A DNA stretch of 64,000 nt. Origin: Takakia lepidozioides. Its lineage: Eukaryota > Plantae > Bryophyta. The position numbers were made by a program, and so were the translations under genes. The stretch is from NCBI GenBank assembly GCA_030704615.1, contig CM060732.1, positions 51,088,001-51,152,000 of the forward strand, given 5' to 3'. Of this stretch, positions 39,340-53,300 are shown piece by piece (position 1 is the first letter of the stretch; every line of letters begins with the position of its first letter). Below the pieces are notes generated by a model, which was not told the origin of the DNA, did no database searches, and saw only the letters and a list, made by a program, of their open reading frames with translations.

Positions 39340-40774
39340 TGACTTGTATTTGAGTGATGATGTTATATATGCATGAGTTTATGCTTCAGCTTTGTGAGCT
39401 CGCATGAGCTTGTGCTTGTATTCTTCTTCTTTATCACTCGAGAAAGATGAGCTCGTATCTGTGCCAGATACGAGTTAGTTGTAGCACTTGTGGTTTTTGC
39501 TTGAGAATGAGAGAAACCAGGTTGTTATGCAAGGAGCACCGTGGAGCTCTTGGTTGTTAGAAGCGGAGGCGATGTGGGTTACGAGGTGGTAGACCTTGGC
39601 ATTTGATCTTCAGCTTCAGAGATGAAAGCACCATGCTGCAGGTAATTCCAGAGCACCTTGATGGTTTCAAATTGTGTACATGCATGAGCAAGCACGATTG
39701 GGAAGAGGACCAGTCAAAAGCAGGTTATAGTGGCTTTGGGGGCAAAGCTGAGAACTGGACTTGGGAATGCGAGCTTTCATTGTGTGAAGGATTGCAAGAC
39801 CAAGTGAAAGGGCTGATTTGGCTTGGGGCAAATCAGTGCACTTTGTGGAGTATGTTGAGATTGGGCTTCAATCTCGAGCTTCAGCATTGAAAGGGCTCTT
39901 GTCATGAGCTCTTGCACCACAAGAGGAGTGTCTTGTGGCTGGAAATATAAGCCTTAGGGTTTCAGGAGCTTGGCAAGGGCTGTGGAGTGCTTAGTCTTGT
40001 CTTAGAGAGCATCAAGGAGCTAAAGAGCCAAGATAGGGGGCTGATACCTCTTGTGTGAAGAGGTTGCATGTGTGGAGCATGTATTCAGCTCATTGAAGCT
40101 TCCATCTTCAAGCTTGGAGGGCAAGCAAGAAAGGAAGAAAGGGGCTGGTTTCCCTGTAGGGTATGTGTGGAGCATGCTTCCAGCCCGCTGAAGCGTGTAT
40201 TTTCAGGTTGGTGGGTGCAAGAAAGAAAGCAAAGGGGCTGATTCTCTGGTGGTGAGAGTGGGGCATGTGTGGAGCATGCCTTCAGTACATTGGGTTTTTG
40301 TTTTCAAGCGTTAAGGAACTAGAAGAGAAGGTAAGGGACTGATCTGCTCTTATGTGACAGTCCGACACTTGTAGAGCGTGTTCTGAGTTGGGGTTTCAAC
40401 CTCAAGCCTAGATAGAGCATGGCTCTTGAAGTGGCAGGTGTAGGGGGCTGGAATAGGCTCTAAGACAGATGCTATGGCCAAGGGAAACGCTTGAATGAGT
40501 GCTCACAAGGGCTGGAAACCAGCAAGGCTTGGTTGTTTGCCATTGAGTTTAGTGGCGTGTTTGGGGAGTCTAAGTGAGAAAGAATGCTTGGTTTGTGGCA
40601 ACCATCTTCCTCATGGCTTAGGGCTACTATTGGTGGTGTGTGGGAGCCGAAAGAGCAAGAATACCTTGTTGATTTCTTCATAGCCGCCATAGCTCGGTGC
40701 AAAGAAGCCTAGAGTCTAAGGGACACAAACCCTAGTTTGGCGTGGCTAAACCCCTTGGAGAAATGGCTAAACTG

Positions 40775-41440
40775 TCATGAGTGGCCTGTGGGGCTATGAC
40801 AGGCTGTGCCCTGTGGCCTGTGGGGCTGTGATAGGCTGTGGCGAGCTGTGACAGGCTGTGTGGCTGTGGGCTGTGGCGGGCTGTGACAGGCTATGCCCAG
40901 TGGCCTGTGGGACTGTGACAGGTTGTGCCCTGTGGCCTGTGGGGCTGTGACGGGCTGTGACAGGCTGTGGCGAGCTGTGACAGGCTGTGATGGGCTGTGG
41001 CGGACTGTGACAGGCTGTGCCCTGTGGCCTGTGGGGCTATGATGGGCTGTGACAGGCTGTGGTGGGTTGTGCCCTGTGGCCTGTGGGGCTGTGACGGGCT
41101 GTGACCGTTGTGATGGGCTGTGAGGGCTATGACAGGCTGTGGCAGGCTGTGACACGCTGTGGCGGACTGGGACAGGCTGTGCCCTATGGCCTGTGGGGCT
41201 GTGACAGGCTGTGCCCTGTGGCCTATGGGGCTGTGAGGGGCTGTGATAGACTGTGGCCTTTGGGGCTATGACCCTGTGACCTTTGTAGGGCTGTGACAGG
41301 TTGTGCCTGTGGGGCTGTGACCCTGTGTAGGGCTGTGACAGGCTGTGGCCTGTGTGGGGGCTGTGACGGCTTTGACCAGTGAGCTGTGTGGGCCTGTGCT
41401 GGTCTGTGGTGGCCCGTGTTGACCTGTGGACGGCCTGTGC
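40775..41440. repeat. GT-rich ~10-bp tandem repeat (GGCTGTGACA-like) in the leader of element X
   Basis: Dozens of ggctgtgaca / ggctgtggcg / gcctgtgg variants. Confidence 0.9.
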
Positions 41441-43664
41441 TGACTCGTGGAGGCACTGGTGGACTGCCTAAGGACTGGCATGTGGTCTTGAAGCCGAATT
41501 TTGAAGCTCGTGGAGGGCGGTTTGAGGAGCATCTTCATGATATTCCCATGGTCATGCAAGTGAGGGAAGAGAGGAGAGGAAGAGTGTTGGGATGAGGGCA
41601 TGCTGGGGTTAGGCATTGCTTTAGCTTCTCTTCCTCGTAGTTTCCACCCTCTCATTAGGCCAAGACCTTTCCGTAGGTGGAGGCAAGAGTCAGTCCGGGT
41701 TTGGGCTGGGGTGTCCTTGCTGGAGCAACACCGTGGAGTTGTTTTTGGTGTGGGGGAGTTGTCGTTCTGATTTCTTGGGTTTGGATCCCCTCCATACCTG
41801 CATGTTTGACTGTGCGCCATGCTAGTTTTGTGTGGGCGCTTGTTTTTATAGGTGATTGGTCCGGATTTGACCACCGGCCAGTCCTAGAGCATGTTGTCGA
41901 TGGTGAGGCTGGGGTGATGACCAGCCAGACCATCATTGTGTCTCCTGTGGTGAGGTTGGAGGTGATGACCAGCCAACCATAGGAGTGCTTGCGGTGGATG
42001 CAGGTACAGGTGTAGGCTATGTTAGGAACTTAGTATTCCAAACCATAAGCCGCAACAGGTTCTCTACCCGTTACCTTGTGGAGAAGGGGTTAGGGACATG
42101 TTCATGACCGGTTGAGTGTCACACGGAGGTGCCACTAGTTGTTGGGGACAGTGCCGGTTCGAGCACTAGCAATACTAGTGGGTACACGAGACGAGGTGTG
42201 CGGTTTAGGCCACCTTCACCTCCTATGTCTTCTATGGAAGGTTCTGATTCGGATTGTAAATCAGGAGGACTCATACCGGCGGTGCAAGTTGTTTCCTTGC
42301 CATTGTTGTGGGACACAATGGAGGAGATGTATGGAGCTACCAAGGGGCCACGAAGGTACTCTGGGGCGGTGGGCACCATCGAGTTGGATGATTTTATCCA
42401 AGAGTTTGATAGTTGGTGTGATTTGCAGCAAATGCGCAATCCACAACTATTTACGCCTTTCATGGCATGGAAGGGGCTTTCACCCTTGAGGGGCCGCCTA
42501 TGGATGATTACCATGAGTTCAGGCGGGGGCATGAGGTTGAGATCAAGGAGTGGAGGATGTACTGGTCACCCGACTATGTCTCCATCACTAGGGGCACTAG
42601 AGCCACGAGGGCAGTGGCTACACCTGCCGCTGCACCGGCAGCTTCAGCAAGTAGCAGTGGGACTAGTGGGACTGGTGGTACAGTAGCTACGACGTCCACC
42701 CAAGCCACTACCACACCGCACCAGCACTAGTACCCGTGCCTGCCTTCAACCCTGTTGTGGAGTTCTTCGAAGAGTTGAGAGGGAACTACCAAGGGGTGAG
42801 GACAGAGAAGTTGCGGAGCTTGCAAGAGTTCCAACGGAAGCCGACCGAGAGCCTGAGGGAGGCTTTCACTTGCATGAGACGCTTGATAAATGTAACCCAA
42901 GGGGTTACGGAAGCTCAGGCAGTCCAATTCTGGTATGGGATATTGGACAAGGAGCTGAGAAAAAGGGTGCGGGATGCAACTCTCCTACAAGCGGCCCAAC
43001 CCACCTTAGCAAATGTGTTTTTGCTGGCAGAGCGGATAGAGCTCAACATGGTGGAGGAACGAGTGGTCATGGTGGGATTTGCTAAGGAGACACCACGTGG
43101 TAGTGGTGCTCCTAGCCAACCACTACCTCAACGTGCTCAAGGCAACAAGGGGGCTCAGGTGAAGCTCAGGGAAGGGCAGAGAGGACCTCAGATGCAGGGG
43201 TCTCTCCCTTCATTTGCTGGCCAACAACGGGCGGATGTGGTGTGTTGGACATGTGGAGGACCCCATGTCAAGAAGGATTGCCCAGAGGGAGGCAAAGGGC
43301 CAACACATGCACAGTTGCAGTGTGGGCATTGTGGCAAGCACGGGCATGGAGAGGCCCAATGTTATGGTTTGCATCCTGAGTTGCACCCAGGCCAGTTCCA
43401 AGGGAACAATGGTGGTTGGGGGCAAGGTGGAGCAGCCTAGAGAGGACGAGGTGGCCAGCCACGAGGTGCAGCTCAGGGGCAAGCTCAACATGGCCAAGGA
43501 CGGCGGAGGTCACGGTGTTGACCAAGGCATGGCCAACCGGCTTCAGCAGCTAGAGCAGAGGCTCGCTGCCATGGCTACAGCTCAGGTGGTACCGGCTCTA
43601 AGGCCGGATGGTCCACCTCCTGCTCCTGAGGGAGGAGATATGGGAGGCATGGGATTCATGTGTG

Positions 43665-46600
43665 TGTCGTGCGCATACATATCGCTACACAACTACATCG
43701 TTGTCCAAACCACACCACACATAGATGCACAATAAAGTAGTTTGCCACAATAGCTAGAAAGCTTGAAAGGACACACTGTTCACACAAGAAACATGAAATC
43801 CATCAACATCACTCCTTAAGATAATAGTCGAGCCAGGGGCACCCCAAGCTATGGGGACTCCACCCCACAACAACCTATACCCCTACATAAGCACACTCAG
43901 ATTCTAAAGCATGAAGGAGCTCGGTCGCGCAGGCTCAACTCGAGAGAGATGAGCTGCGCGATTGACGCTCTCGTGAAGATAAGACAGTTCAAGTGTCAAA
44001 CTAAACTTGACACCTGATTTAACACTTGACCTAAATCCAAGTGTTAAATACAAATAACTAGCTTTATTCTAGTTAGTTTCACATTGTGCTTATTTAACTT
44101 GACAGCTGTCGTGCGCATACATATCGCTACACAAGTACATCGCTGTCCAAACCACACCACACATAGATGCACAATAAAGTAGTCTGCCACAATCGCCCCC
44201 ATAGCTGGTGGATAGGTCCTTCTAACTCCAGATAGCTACAAGATGTAATAACCACAGCCGTACTAAGTCCTCTATCACTGGCCCTGTTGTACTCAAACTC
44301 TGTAGACCAAGAGGCCGGGTACAAGAGTAGCCCCATCGTTAGTCGCCGTCTTGCAATCTGTGAACTTGAGCCAGGATCTCGTGTGTTCAAGGTCTCCTAG
44401 TACCTTGGCCTTGCATTTCTTGTTAACCTCCCATGGTTGTATCCACTCCCACTATCCAATGCATTGTGGACATAACCAATCCCCATCCGGAACCATCTCA
44501 AGAGGTGGAGTCAAGCATCCCATATGCCAACCTCTAGAGCATCGATCACACACCAGCATGGTGGCTGCCCCTTTAGCAGACCCACACAACATGCACCTCA
44601 AACTTGCAGATACCACCGCCAGGTTTGGGTCAATCCTGCCATCGACATTCGGAAGGTGACATGGCGCACAATTACGCACATGATCCTTCCAAGTTATGCC
44701 ATCCCGACCCTCCAAGACCAAGACGCCTGAGGGCAAGACCTCTCGAACCCTCAAAATAACACGTCCTGCAGTCACATCCAAGGTCGTAGGAGTAGTCTGC
44801 TGCAGATAGACATAGTCACGCTGAACCTATAGCCCATGGCTAACCAGGGTAACTGAAGGTCCCAATCTCCTAGGTGTCCCTTCTGCAAGTCATACTTGCG
44901 CAAACCCCTCTTTACTGTCTGAACAACTCTCTCTGCCAAGCCATCGGCCTCAGGATGATCCCGCGAAGTGATGCGGTGGTCTATCAAGGCCTTGTCACAC
45001 AAAGCCTGAAACTCCCCCAAGAACTCTCTCCCTTGGTCCGTGAGTACCTCAGCTGGAGCACCGAATCAGCTAAGCACACAATCTAAGAATGCATACGCAG
45101 CCCCCTCACTAGCCTTATCAGGCAATGGAACCAACTCAATCCACTTGGAGAAGTGCTCCACCATCACCAACACGTACTTGTTGTGGCGCATGGTCAGTGG
45201 CAACGGCCCTGCGAAGTCAAGACTTCACCTGTAGCCCAATCCCATGATCGGAAGAGGGTGCAATTGTGGAGTAGGGACGTTGAATGAAGCACGCACCCTG
45301 TCACACACCATGCACCTAGCCACAAATTGTTGCACCTCTGTGTACATACCACGCCACCAATACTGCCCCTGAAGTAGACTATGAGTGCATCGCACCCCAA
45401 AATGCCCCAACTCCTCATGGGCATGCCGCACTAACCGTGCCCGCTATGCTGGGTGAGGCACAATCCTCACTCGACCATCCTCCCACACTCGGAGCAGGTG
45501 TGTCCCCTCCACTTGAACCTCTTGGCTCGTTGTAGGATCCGATCCCTCTCCTTGGCAGTCACAGTGGCTGCAGTGTCTCCAGTGCGGAGGTAGTCCAACA
45601 CAACTGAATCCTCATGTATATCTTTGGCGCCACCTTGCTCATTGCTGGCCTCAGGGTCCTCAGACACTTGATCCACAGTCATCCCTATTGCAGGTCCAAC
45701 CTGGCCTTCCGCTGCCAAGATACACAGAAATGCAGATACATGCCATCCGGGCATCATCTCCTCGTCCATCTCACCATGCCACCAAGCTCCAGTGTCATCC
45801 TGCTGGCTCGTGCATGGATTGCGACTCAACCCATCTACATTGCGATTGACCAAACCCGGTCGATGCACCACCTGAAAGTCATACTCTTGAAGGATGAGTG
45901 CCCACCGTGCAAGCTTCCCCGTAAGCTTGTCTGACTCCATCAACCACTTGAGTGGTTGGTGATCCGTGACAAGGGTGAAGAGATTGCCGTATAGATAGCA
46001 CCTGAAGTGTGCCACGGCCCACACTGCAACTAAGCATTCTCCCTCATATGAGCTATACTTAGACTGTGCAACGTTGTTCAAGCGGCTAGCATAAGCCACT
46101 ACGAACTCTCTTCCCTCATTATCCACCTGTGTGAGCACCGCTCCAAGCCCCAGCATGCTCCAATCTATGTGCAGCTGAAAAGGACGCCCCCTGATAGGTC
46201 GTCTCAAGATGGGCGCCGAGGTCAACCTCGCCTTGAGTTCTTGAAAGACTTGTTATTGCTCTTCTTCCCACTGCCACTCCTGGTCCACCTTGGTCAGCTT
46301 GGTTAGAGCCTTTGCAATGGCACTAAATCCCTTAACAAACTGTCTATAATAGTTTGCTAACCCCATGAAAGCTCGAACTCGGCTCAGATCCGTGGGGCTT
46401 GGAACCTGTGCAATGGACTCTACTGCTGCAAATCCTTGCTTGTACCCCACAATGGAGTGTGAGCAACCATGGCTGGCAACTCCGCCGTACCATGCAGGTC
46501 ATCCTGCTCTGCTGGAGGTGGCATATCATCTGCATGGGCATTGCCCTCCAGCAACTCTCCAGGCCAACTAACTGCAGCTGTGAAGGTGGCTAGTGTTGGC

Positions 46601-49600
46601 ATCTTGCTCCGCTGGGCAGCCGCAATACCCCCAATGAATGTCACATGGAGCTATGCACGGCGACCATCCCCTGACTGCCATCCAGGCCTGTAGGATGCTG
46701 ACTCCTCCCAGAAGTCCAGGGGAAGCCCATGGGATATAACACTGCTCCACCAACGAGGACATCGTAAGAGACCGCGTCTGTCACAATGGCCTTGGCTCGC
46801 ATCACTGAGCCATCTACAGGATGATCCGGCTGCAGTCTAATGACCAACTCACGCCGTGTCATGCCCCGAGCCTGCTCTGATCCTACCAGAGATGTCTGTA
46901 TCTGGAAAGGACAAGGCTCCATATCCGCCTCCATGAGGCCCAAACCTGCAATAGTAGCTATGTCCAACATCAATGGCTGAGCTCCCGAGTCCAACAAGAC
47001 CCGAAGTGGCCGGTACTTCTTGCCTGCCGGTCCACTCAAAGAGAAAATGTCATCCTGGTTGTCTAACAAGACAACTCCAGGTGTCACCATGGCGCGCTCA
47101 AAGGCTGGCCTAGCTGGCAGCTGCAGCTTGCCATGGCGCAGCCGTGGCAGTCTTGACCCTCAAATCCAAGGATCCCTCTGCCACTATACCTTCTACTAAC
47201 TCCACAGAAGATGAAGTGACCTCCCCACTCTAACAGAGTGTTGCTGCTAGTCTGAACACTGCAGCTGGTCTTATCCCCGGCGTCGTAATCATGGTTGCCG
47301 AGAACAATGGGGCTTGACACACAGAGGTGGCTGCCCCCAACAACACACCGGCTGCACTAGCCTTGGCAGCAGGTGTCAGTGCTGCACGTGTAGCTCTCCC
47401 CAATGGCATAGAAACCTCCACCTCGGTAACAGTCGGGCGAGAACAAGGTGCCATGGATGGCGTCGACACAGTCTCCCCAATATGAATGACTGAGGAAGCC
47501 TCGCCTGACGGCTTGCCTCCCCACGCTGTGGATCCAATTCCACCTCCGCACCTCGTGGCTCAAGAACTCGTGATGCTCCTCGAGTCACGGCTACAACAGA
47601 CTCCACCTGCACTAGTGGTAGTGCTGCTCCGCACATGAATCCCATGCCTCCCATATCTCCTCCCTCAGGTGCAGGAGGTGGACCATCCCGTCTGGGAGCC
47701 GGTACCGCGGCAGGAGCCCCTGCTCTAGCTGCTGAAGCCGGTTGGCCATGCCTTGGTCAACACCCTGACCTCCGCGTCCTTGGCCATGTTGAGCTTGGCC
47801 TGCACCTCGTGTCTGACCACCTTGTCATCTCTGGGCTGGTCCACCTCGCCCCCGGCCACCATTGTTCCCTTGGAACTGGCCTGGGCGCAACTCAGGATGC
47901 AAGTCATAACACTGAGCATCTCCATGCCCATACTTGCCACAATGCCCACACTGCAACTGTGCAGGCTGTGCTTGTGCCGGCCTTCTGCCACTCTCTGGGC
48001 AATCTCTCTTGACATGGGGTCCTCCACATGTCCAACATATACCCCCTGGTTGCTGTTGGCCTGCAAAAGATGCCACGGGCCTCTGCACCTGAGATCCCCT
48101 GTAAGCTCCATGGAACTTGGGTTGGGAAACCTTCCCCCCCTGACCACGCTGTTGGGCAGTCCCTTATGCCTATGGGCTGGCAGCTGCGCCTCGTGCAGGC
48201 ATGTCCTTGCCAAATCCAATGGTAACAACTCGCTCCTCCACCATGTTGAGCTCAATCCGCTCAGCCAGCAGAAACACATCTGCTAATGTGGTTGGGCTGC
48301 TTGTAACAGGGTTGCATCCCGCACCCTTCTCCTGAGCTCCTTGTCCAAAATTCCATACCAGAACTGGATTGCCTGAGCTTCAGTAACCCCTTGGGTCACA
48401 CTTATCAAGCGCCTCATACGAGTGTAGGCCTCTCGCAAGCTCTCACTGGGTTTGCGCTGGAAGTCTTGCAAACTTCGCAGCTTCTCTGTCCGTATACCTT
48501 GGTAGTTCCTCCGCAACTCCTGGAAGAACTCCACCACCGGGTTGAATCTAGGCACATGTGTTGTAGTCGTGGCAGAATGAGTAGTAGCCCTTTTGAACTG
48601 GTACCACCTGCAGAAGTACCGGCACTACTTGTTCACTACTAGTGCTGGCAGTGGGAGATATTGGTACTGATGCAGCTACTGGTCGCGTCATGCTCGAGTA
48701 ATGGAGACGTAGTCAGGTGATACAATCACTCCTCCACTCCTCAATCTCTGCTTCATGTCCTTGCCTGAACTCGTGGTAATCGTCCATAGGCGGGCCTTCC
48801 AAATGCTGGAACAATCCCTTCCACGCCATGAATGGGGTGAATAGCTGTGGATTGCGCATCTGCTGCAAATCACACCAGCTGTCGAACTCCTGGATAAAGT
48901 CATCCAACTCGATTGTGCCACAGCTCCAGAGTACCTACGAGGCCCCTTGGTAGCTCCATACATCTCCTCCATGTCGTCCCACAACAATGGCGAATGAAAC
49001 TGCACACCTGTTGATGAAGCCTCCGAGTCTGTGTCTGACTCTGCACTAGTTGAGGGTGGAGGTGAAGGTGGTCTAAAACAAACACCTCGTCTGGTGAACT
49101 ACTCTCACTGCTACTGCCTGTAGCCATACTCCCCTTAGAACCCTTGGGTAACTCCGTGATGACACTCACAATGTGCACCTCCCCCACGTGACACTATAAG
49201 GCTCTAGTACTAATTCTAATAGTGACACGGGTGGGCACATGTTGCAGTTTAAGGGTCATATCCCAGTGGCTCAGGGCACCTGCACCTGCATCACCGCAAG
49301 AACTCCTATGGTGGGCTGGTCATCAACCCAGTCTCACCATAGAAGAAACACTGGTGGTCTTGCTGGTCATCACTCCCAGCCTCGCCACCGACAGCATACT
49401 CTAGGATTGACCGGTGATCAAATCCGGCCTAATCCCTATGAAAGCAAGCGCCCACACAAAACCAACATGGCACACACAGTCAAGCATGCAGGTGTTGGGG
49501 GGATCCAAACACAAGAAATCAAAACATCAACACCCCCACACCAAAATCCATCTCATTGCTGATCCTGCAGAATATCCCAGCCCAAAACCCCGGACTGACT

Positions 49601-50005
49601 GGCCTCCACCAAGAGAGGCTTTGGCAACTACAAGTACAAAGTAATGAAAATAGGAAAGAGAGGGAGGGGAAGAATAGAAGCCCGACCAAGCAAGATCTAA
49701 TCCTGATCTATGCTATCAACTGCCAGACTTTCTCAAAGTGCCTCGCTCTGCATGATGGTAAGGTGTAGGAGATATATCTATGTCCAGAAACCTGCCACTA
49801 ACCTTGTCCCAAGCTACAGTAGCTCGCTCTAACCAACCCTCCTCCTCTTTCTGCCAGGTAGAGACAAAGCAACACTCTGCTATCTCCCGCTCACTGAACA
49901 CTAAAGAAAACAAAGGTAGGGTCTGATAGTCTCTCAACTCAAAAGCTTTGAGATGGTTGCGGGTGTCCTCATTGCGAATGACTGCATCTCCTTCAAACAG
50001 AACAA
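43665..50005 (-). mobile_element. Ty3/Gypsy element Y (same family as X), inserted antisense near the end of X gag. It is 5'-truncated and internally deleted (no DNMT/RT; part of integrase missing)
   Basis: Gag ~49100-47700 is homologous to X; protease VLLDSGAQPLM; RNase H in ORF 45467-46225; PHD CMLCGSAKGAATMLVCDRCSRGWHMGCLTPPLEMVPDGDWLCPQC. Its right end ...CACGACA abuts X sequence at 43664/43665. Confidence 0.9.
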
Positions 50006-50007
50006 AC

Positions 50008-50377
50008 GGGCATGATAATGGATTGCGAGACTCGAGGTCGGGTCTGTTTTGGGAGATGGTGCAGGTTTTGCGCCACTTGCAGCTTCATCAAGCTGTATCT
50101 CTAGCATACTCTGGAGAATATGCCACTGATGGGCGATTCTCTGGCCAGGGTGATGGCCAGTGTGCATTAAGTCCGGTCGTGGCTTGGGTCAGCAGTGTTG
50201 CTAGATGCAGCTATAGTTGGGTCACGGGCTCATCGTCCACGGCTATGGTACCCGCACTGCTCAAGCGTGCATTTGATGGGGTGCAGCGGCCAGCACATCT
50301 CACAGTGGATAGCATTCTAGACACAGGGAGGTAGTCTCAGCGTGTGAGACACGATGACCGTTCGCCTTTGGCTATGG
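50008..50377 (+). pseudogene. DNMT3-like cytosine-5 DNA methyltransferase domain remnant within Gypsy pol
   Basis: GLRDSRSGLFWEMVQVLRHLQ..AY[fs]LENMPLMGD..VLLDAAIVGSRAHRPRLW. This covers the post-motif IV segment, motif VI (EN at 50114-50119) and motif VIII (cf. DNMT3 'DAKEVSAAHRARYFW'). Confidence 0.75.
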
Positions 50378-53300
50378 CTGAGCAACGCAGAGTGCGGAGT
50401 ACACTTCCCTCGATGGTCTCTCTGCCTACCGAGACGTTATAGGCAGTGAGTGGGGGGCGAGCATGTGAGGACCATGGGGTGCAGGCATCCATGGCACACG
50501 TGGGAGGTGCTCAAGGTTCAAGAGAGTTGGCAGCCAAGGTGACGATGAAGATGAGGTTGGGGATTTTTCTCGGGTGGAGGAAGTCCTTGAGGATGAGATG
50601 ATGGGGCAGGATGAGGCCTTGTCACTGACTGAGCAGGTAGAGAGTACTGCTCAAGAGGTTGCAACATAACAACCACTGGACGCGTCCTCTACCTCTAAGC
50701 CCACTGGACTTAAGGTTGCAGTTACGGAGGACAATTAGGAGCCTGACATTGGACCCATTTTCACCGGAGGAGAGAGACGACGTATATGGCGGTTCCTGAG
50801 GGCTTACATGAATTGCTTTGCCTTCAGTTTGAAGGACTTGGAAGCACTGAAGGGTCAAGAGATCCGTATTGAGTTGGCCACTGACACGCCAATCTTCGGA
50901 GACCCTATAGGTACAGTGACATGGAGAGGTCTTTGATTCAGATGAGGACTCAAGATCTCTGGGAGGCAGGTTTGGTGGAGCTCTCTTGTGGAGAGTATGC
51001 TTCAGCCACAGTGATGCCAGCCAAGAAGGATGTCTATGGCAATTGGACGGAGAGATGTATGTGCGGTGATTACCGGCCTGTAAATCGTCAGACCAAGTCC
51101 GATAAGTATTCCATGCCAACACCAGATGAGATCTTTGATGCCATCGGGCATGCTAAGGTCTTTAGCACTTTGGATTTACGATTTGGATATCACCAGTTGC
51201 CAATCAAGGAGGCGGACAAGCAGAAGACGACATTCTGGGGGATCAATGAGCACGGCAAGGATTGCCTATATCAGTGGCGGTTCTTAACATTTGGGCTTAA
51301 GAATGCTCCTGCAGAGTTTCAGAGAGTCATGGATAGGATTCTAGCAGGGGTGGACTTTGCTCGGTGCTACATAGATGACATCATCATCTTTAGTGTTACG
51401 ATGGAGGAGCATGAGAGACACCTTCAGGTGGTATTGGAGCGCTTGAGAGCGCACAGATTGAAGTTGCATCCGGGGAAGTGCAAGTTTTTCCACAACTAGA
51501 TTGAGTATCTGGGTCACATGATATATCCTGGAGGATTGGGGGTACAGCAGACTAAGGTAGAGGCCATTGCACAAATTCCACGCCCCACGGATGTGAGCTG
51601 AGTTCAAGCTTTCATAGGGTTGGCAAACTATTATAGACGGTTTGTCAAGGGATTTAGTACCATTGCAAAGGCTCTAACCAAGCTGACCAAGGTGGACCAG
51701 GAGTGGCAGTGGGAAGATGAACAGGAACGAGCTTTTCAAGAGCTCAAGGCGAGGTTGACCTCGGCGCCTATCCTGAGACGACCTATCAGGGGGCGTCCCT
51801 TTCAGCTACATACGGATTGGAGCATGTTGGGGTTTGGAGCGGTGCTCACACATGTGGATGATGAGGGAAGAGAGTTTGTAGTGGCTTATGCTAGCCGCTC
51901 GAACAACGTTGTAGAGGCTAAGTACAGCTCATATGAGGGAGAGTGCTTAGCTGCAATGTGGGCCGTGACACACTTCAGGTGCTATCTATACGGCAATCTT
52001 TTCACCCTTGTCACGGATCACCAGCCACTCAAGTGGTTGATGGAGTCAGACAAGCTTACGGGGAAGCTTGCACGGTGGGCGGTCATACTCCAGGAGTATG
52101 ACTTTCAGGTTGTGCATCGACCGGGTTTGGTCAATTGGGATGCGGATGGATTGAGTCGCAATCCATGCATGAGCCAGCAGGATGACACTGGAGCTCGGTG
52201 GCATGGTGAGACGGACGAGGAGATGGTGTCGGGATGGCACGCATCTGCATTTTTGTGTATCTTGGCATCGGGAGGTCAGGTTGGACCTACAACAGAGATG
52301 ACTGTAGACGGAGTGTCTGAGGACCCTGAAGCTAGTGATGAGCCAGGTGGTGCCAGAGATATACATGAGGATTCGGCTGTGTTGGACTACCTCCGCACGG
52401 GAGACACGACAACCACTGTGACTGCCAGGGAGAGGGATCGGATTTTGCAACGAGCCAAGAGGTTCAAGTGGGAGAGGATACACCTACTTCGAGTGTGGGA
52501 GGATGGTCGGGTGAGGATTGTGCCTCACCCCACACAGCGTGCACGGTTAGTGCGGCATGCCCATGAGGAGTTGGGGCATTTTTGGAGTGCGACACACTCA
52601 CAGTTTACTGCAAGGGCAGTATTGGTGGCGTGGTATGCATATAGAGGTGCAACAGTTCGTGGCTAGGTGCATGGTGTGTGACAGGGTGCGTGCTTCATTC
52701 AACACCCTTACACCACAGTTGCATCCTTTACCAATCATGGGATTGGGCTACAGGTGGAGTCTTGACTTCGCATGACTGTTGCCACTGACTATGCGCCACC
52801 ACAGATATGTGTTGGTGATGGTGGAGCACTTCTCCAAGTGGATTGAGTTGGTTCCATTGCCTGACAAGGCTAGTGAGGGGGCTGCGTATGCATTCTTGGA
52901 TCGTGTGCTTAGCCGATTTGGTGCTCCAGCTGAGGTACTTACGGACCAAGGGAGAGAGTTCTTGGGGAGTTTCAGGCTTTGTGTGATAAAGCCTTGATAG
53001 ACCACCGCACCACTTCTCGGGATCATCTTGAGGCCGATGGCTTAGCAGAGAGAGTTGTTCAGACGGTGAAGAGGGGTTTGCGCAAGTATGACTTGCAGAA
53101 GGGACACCTAGGAGATTGGGATTTTCAGGTTCTTTGGTTAGCCATGGGCTACAGGTTCAGCAAACAAGCATCACTTGCCTCCTTCTCACCATATTTCCTT
53201 CTCTTTGGCCGAGAGCCGGATTTGCCTGCAGCCATTCGTAGGGACACTGCTCAAGTCCTTAACCTTGACGATCCGGACGTGTGGGTACGTGCATGTGATC

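Noticed and set aside
43665-44191. Independent TRIM element (A-B-A)
   Set aside because: It directly follows the PPT of the large element in two diverged copies, and B also occurs at the 5' side of X, so it is part of the autonomous element's ends.
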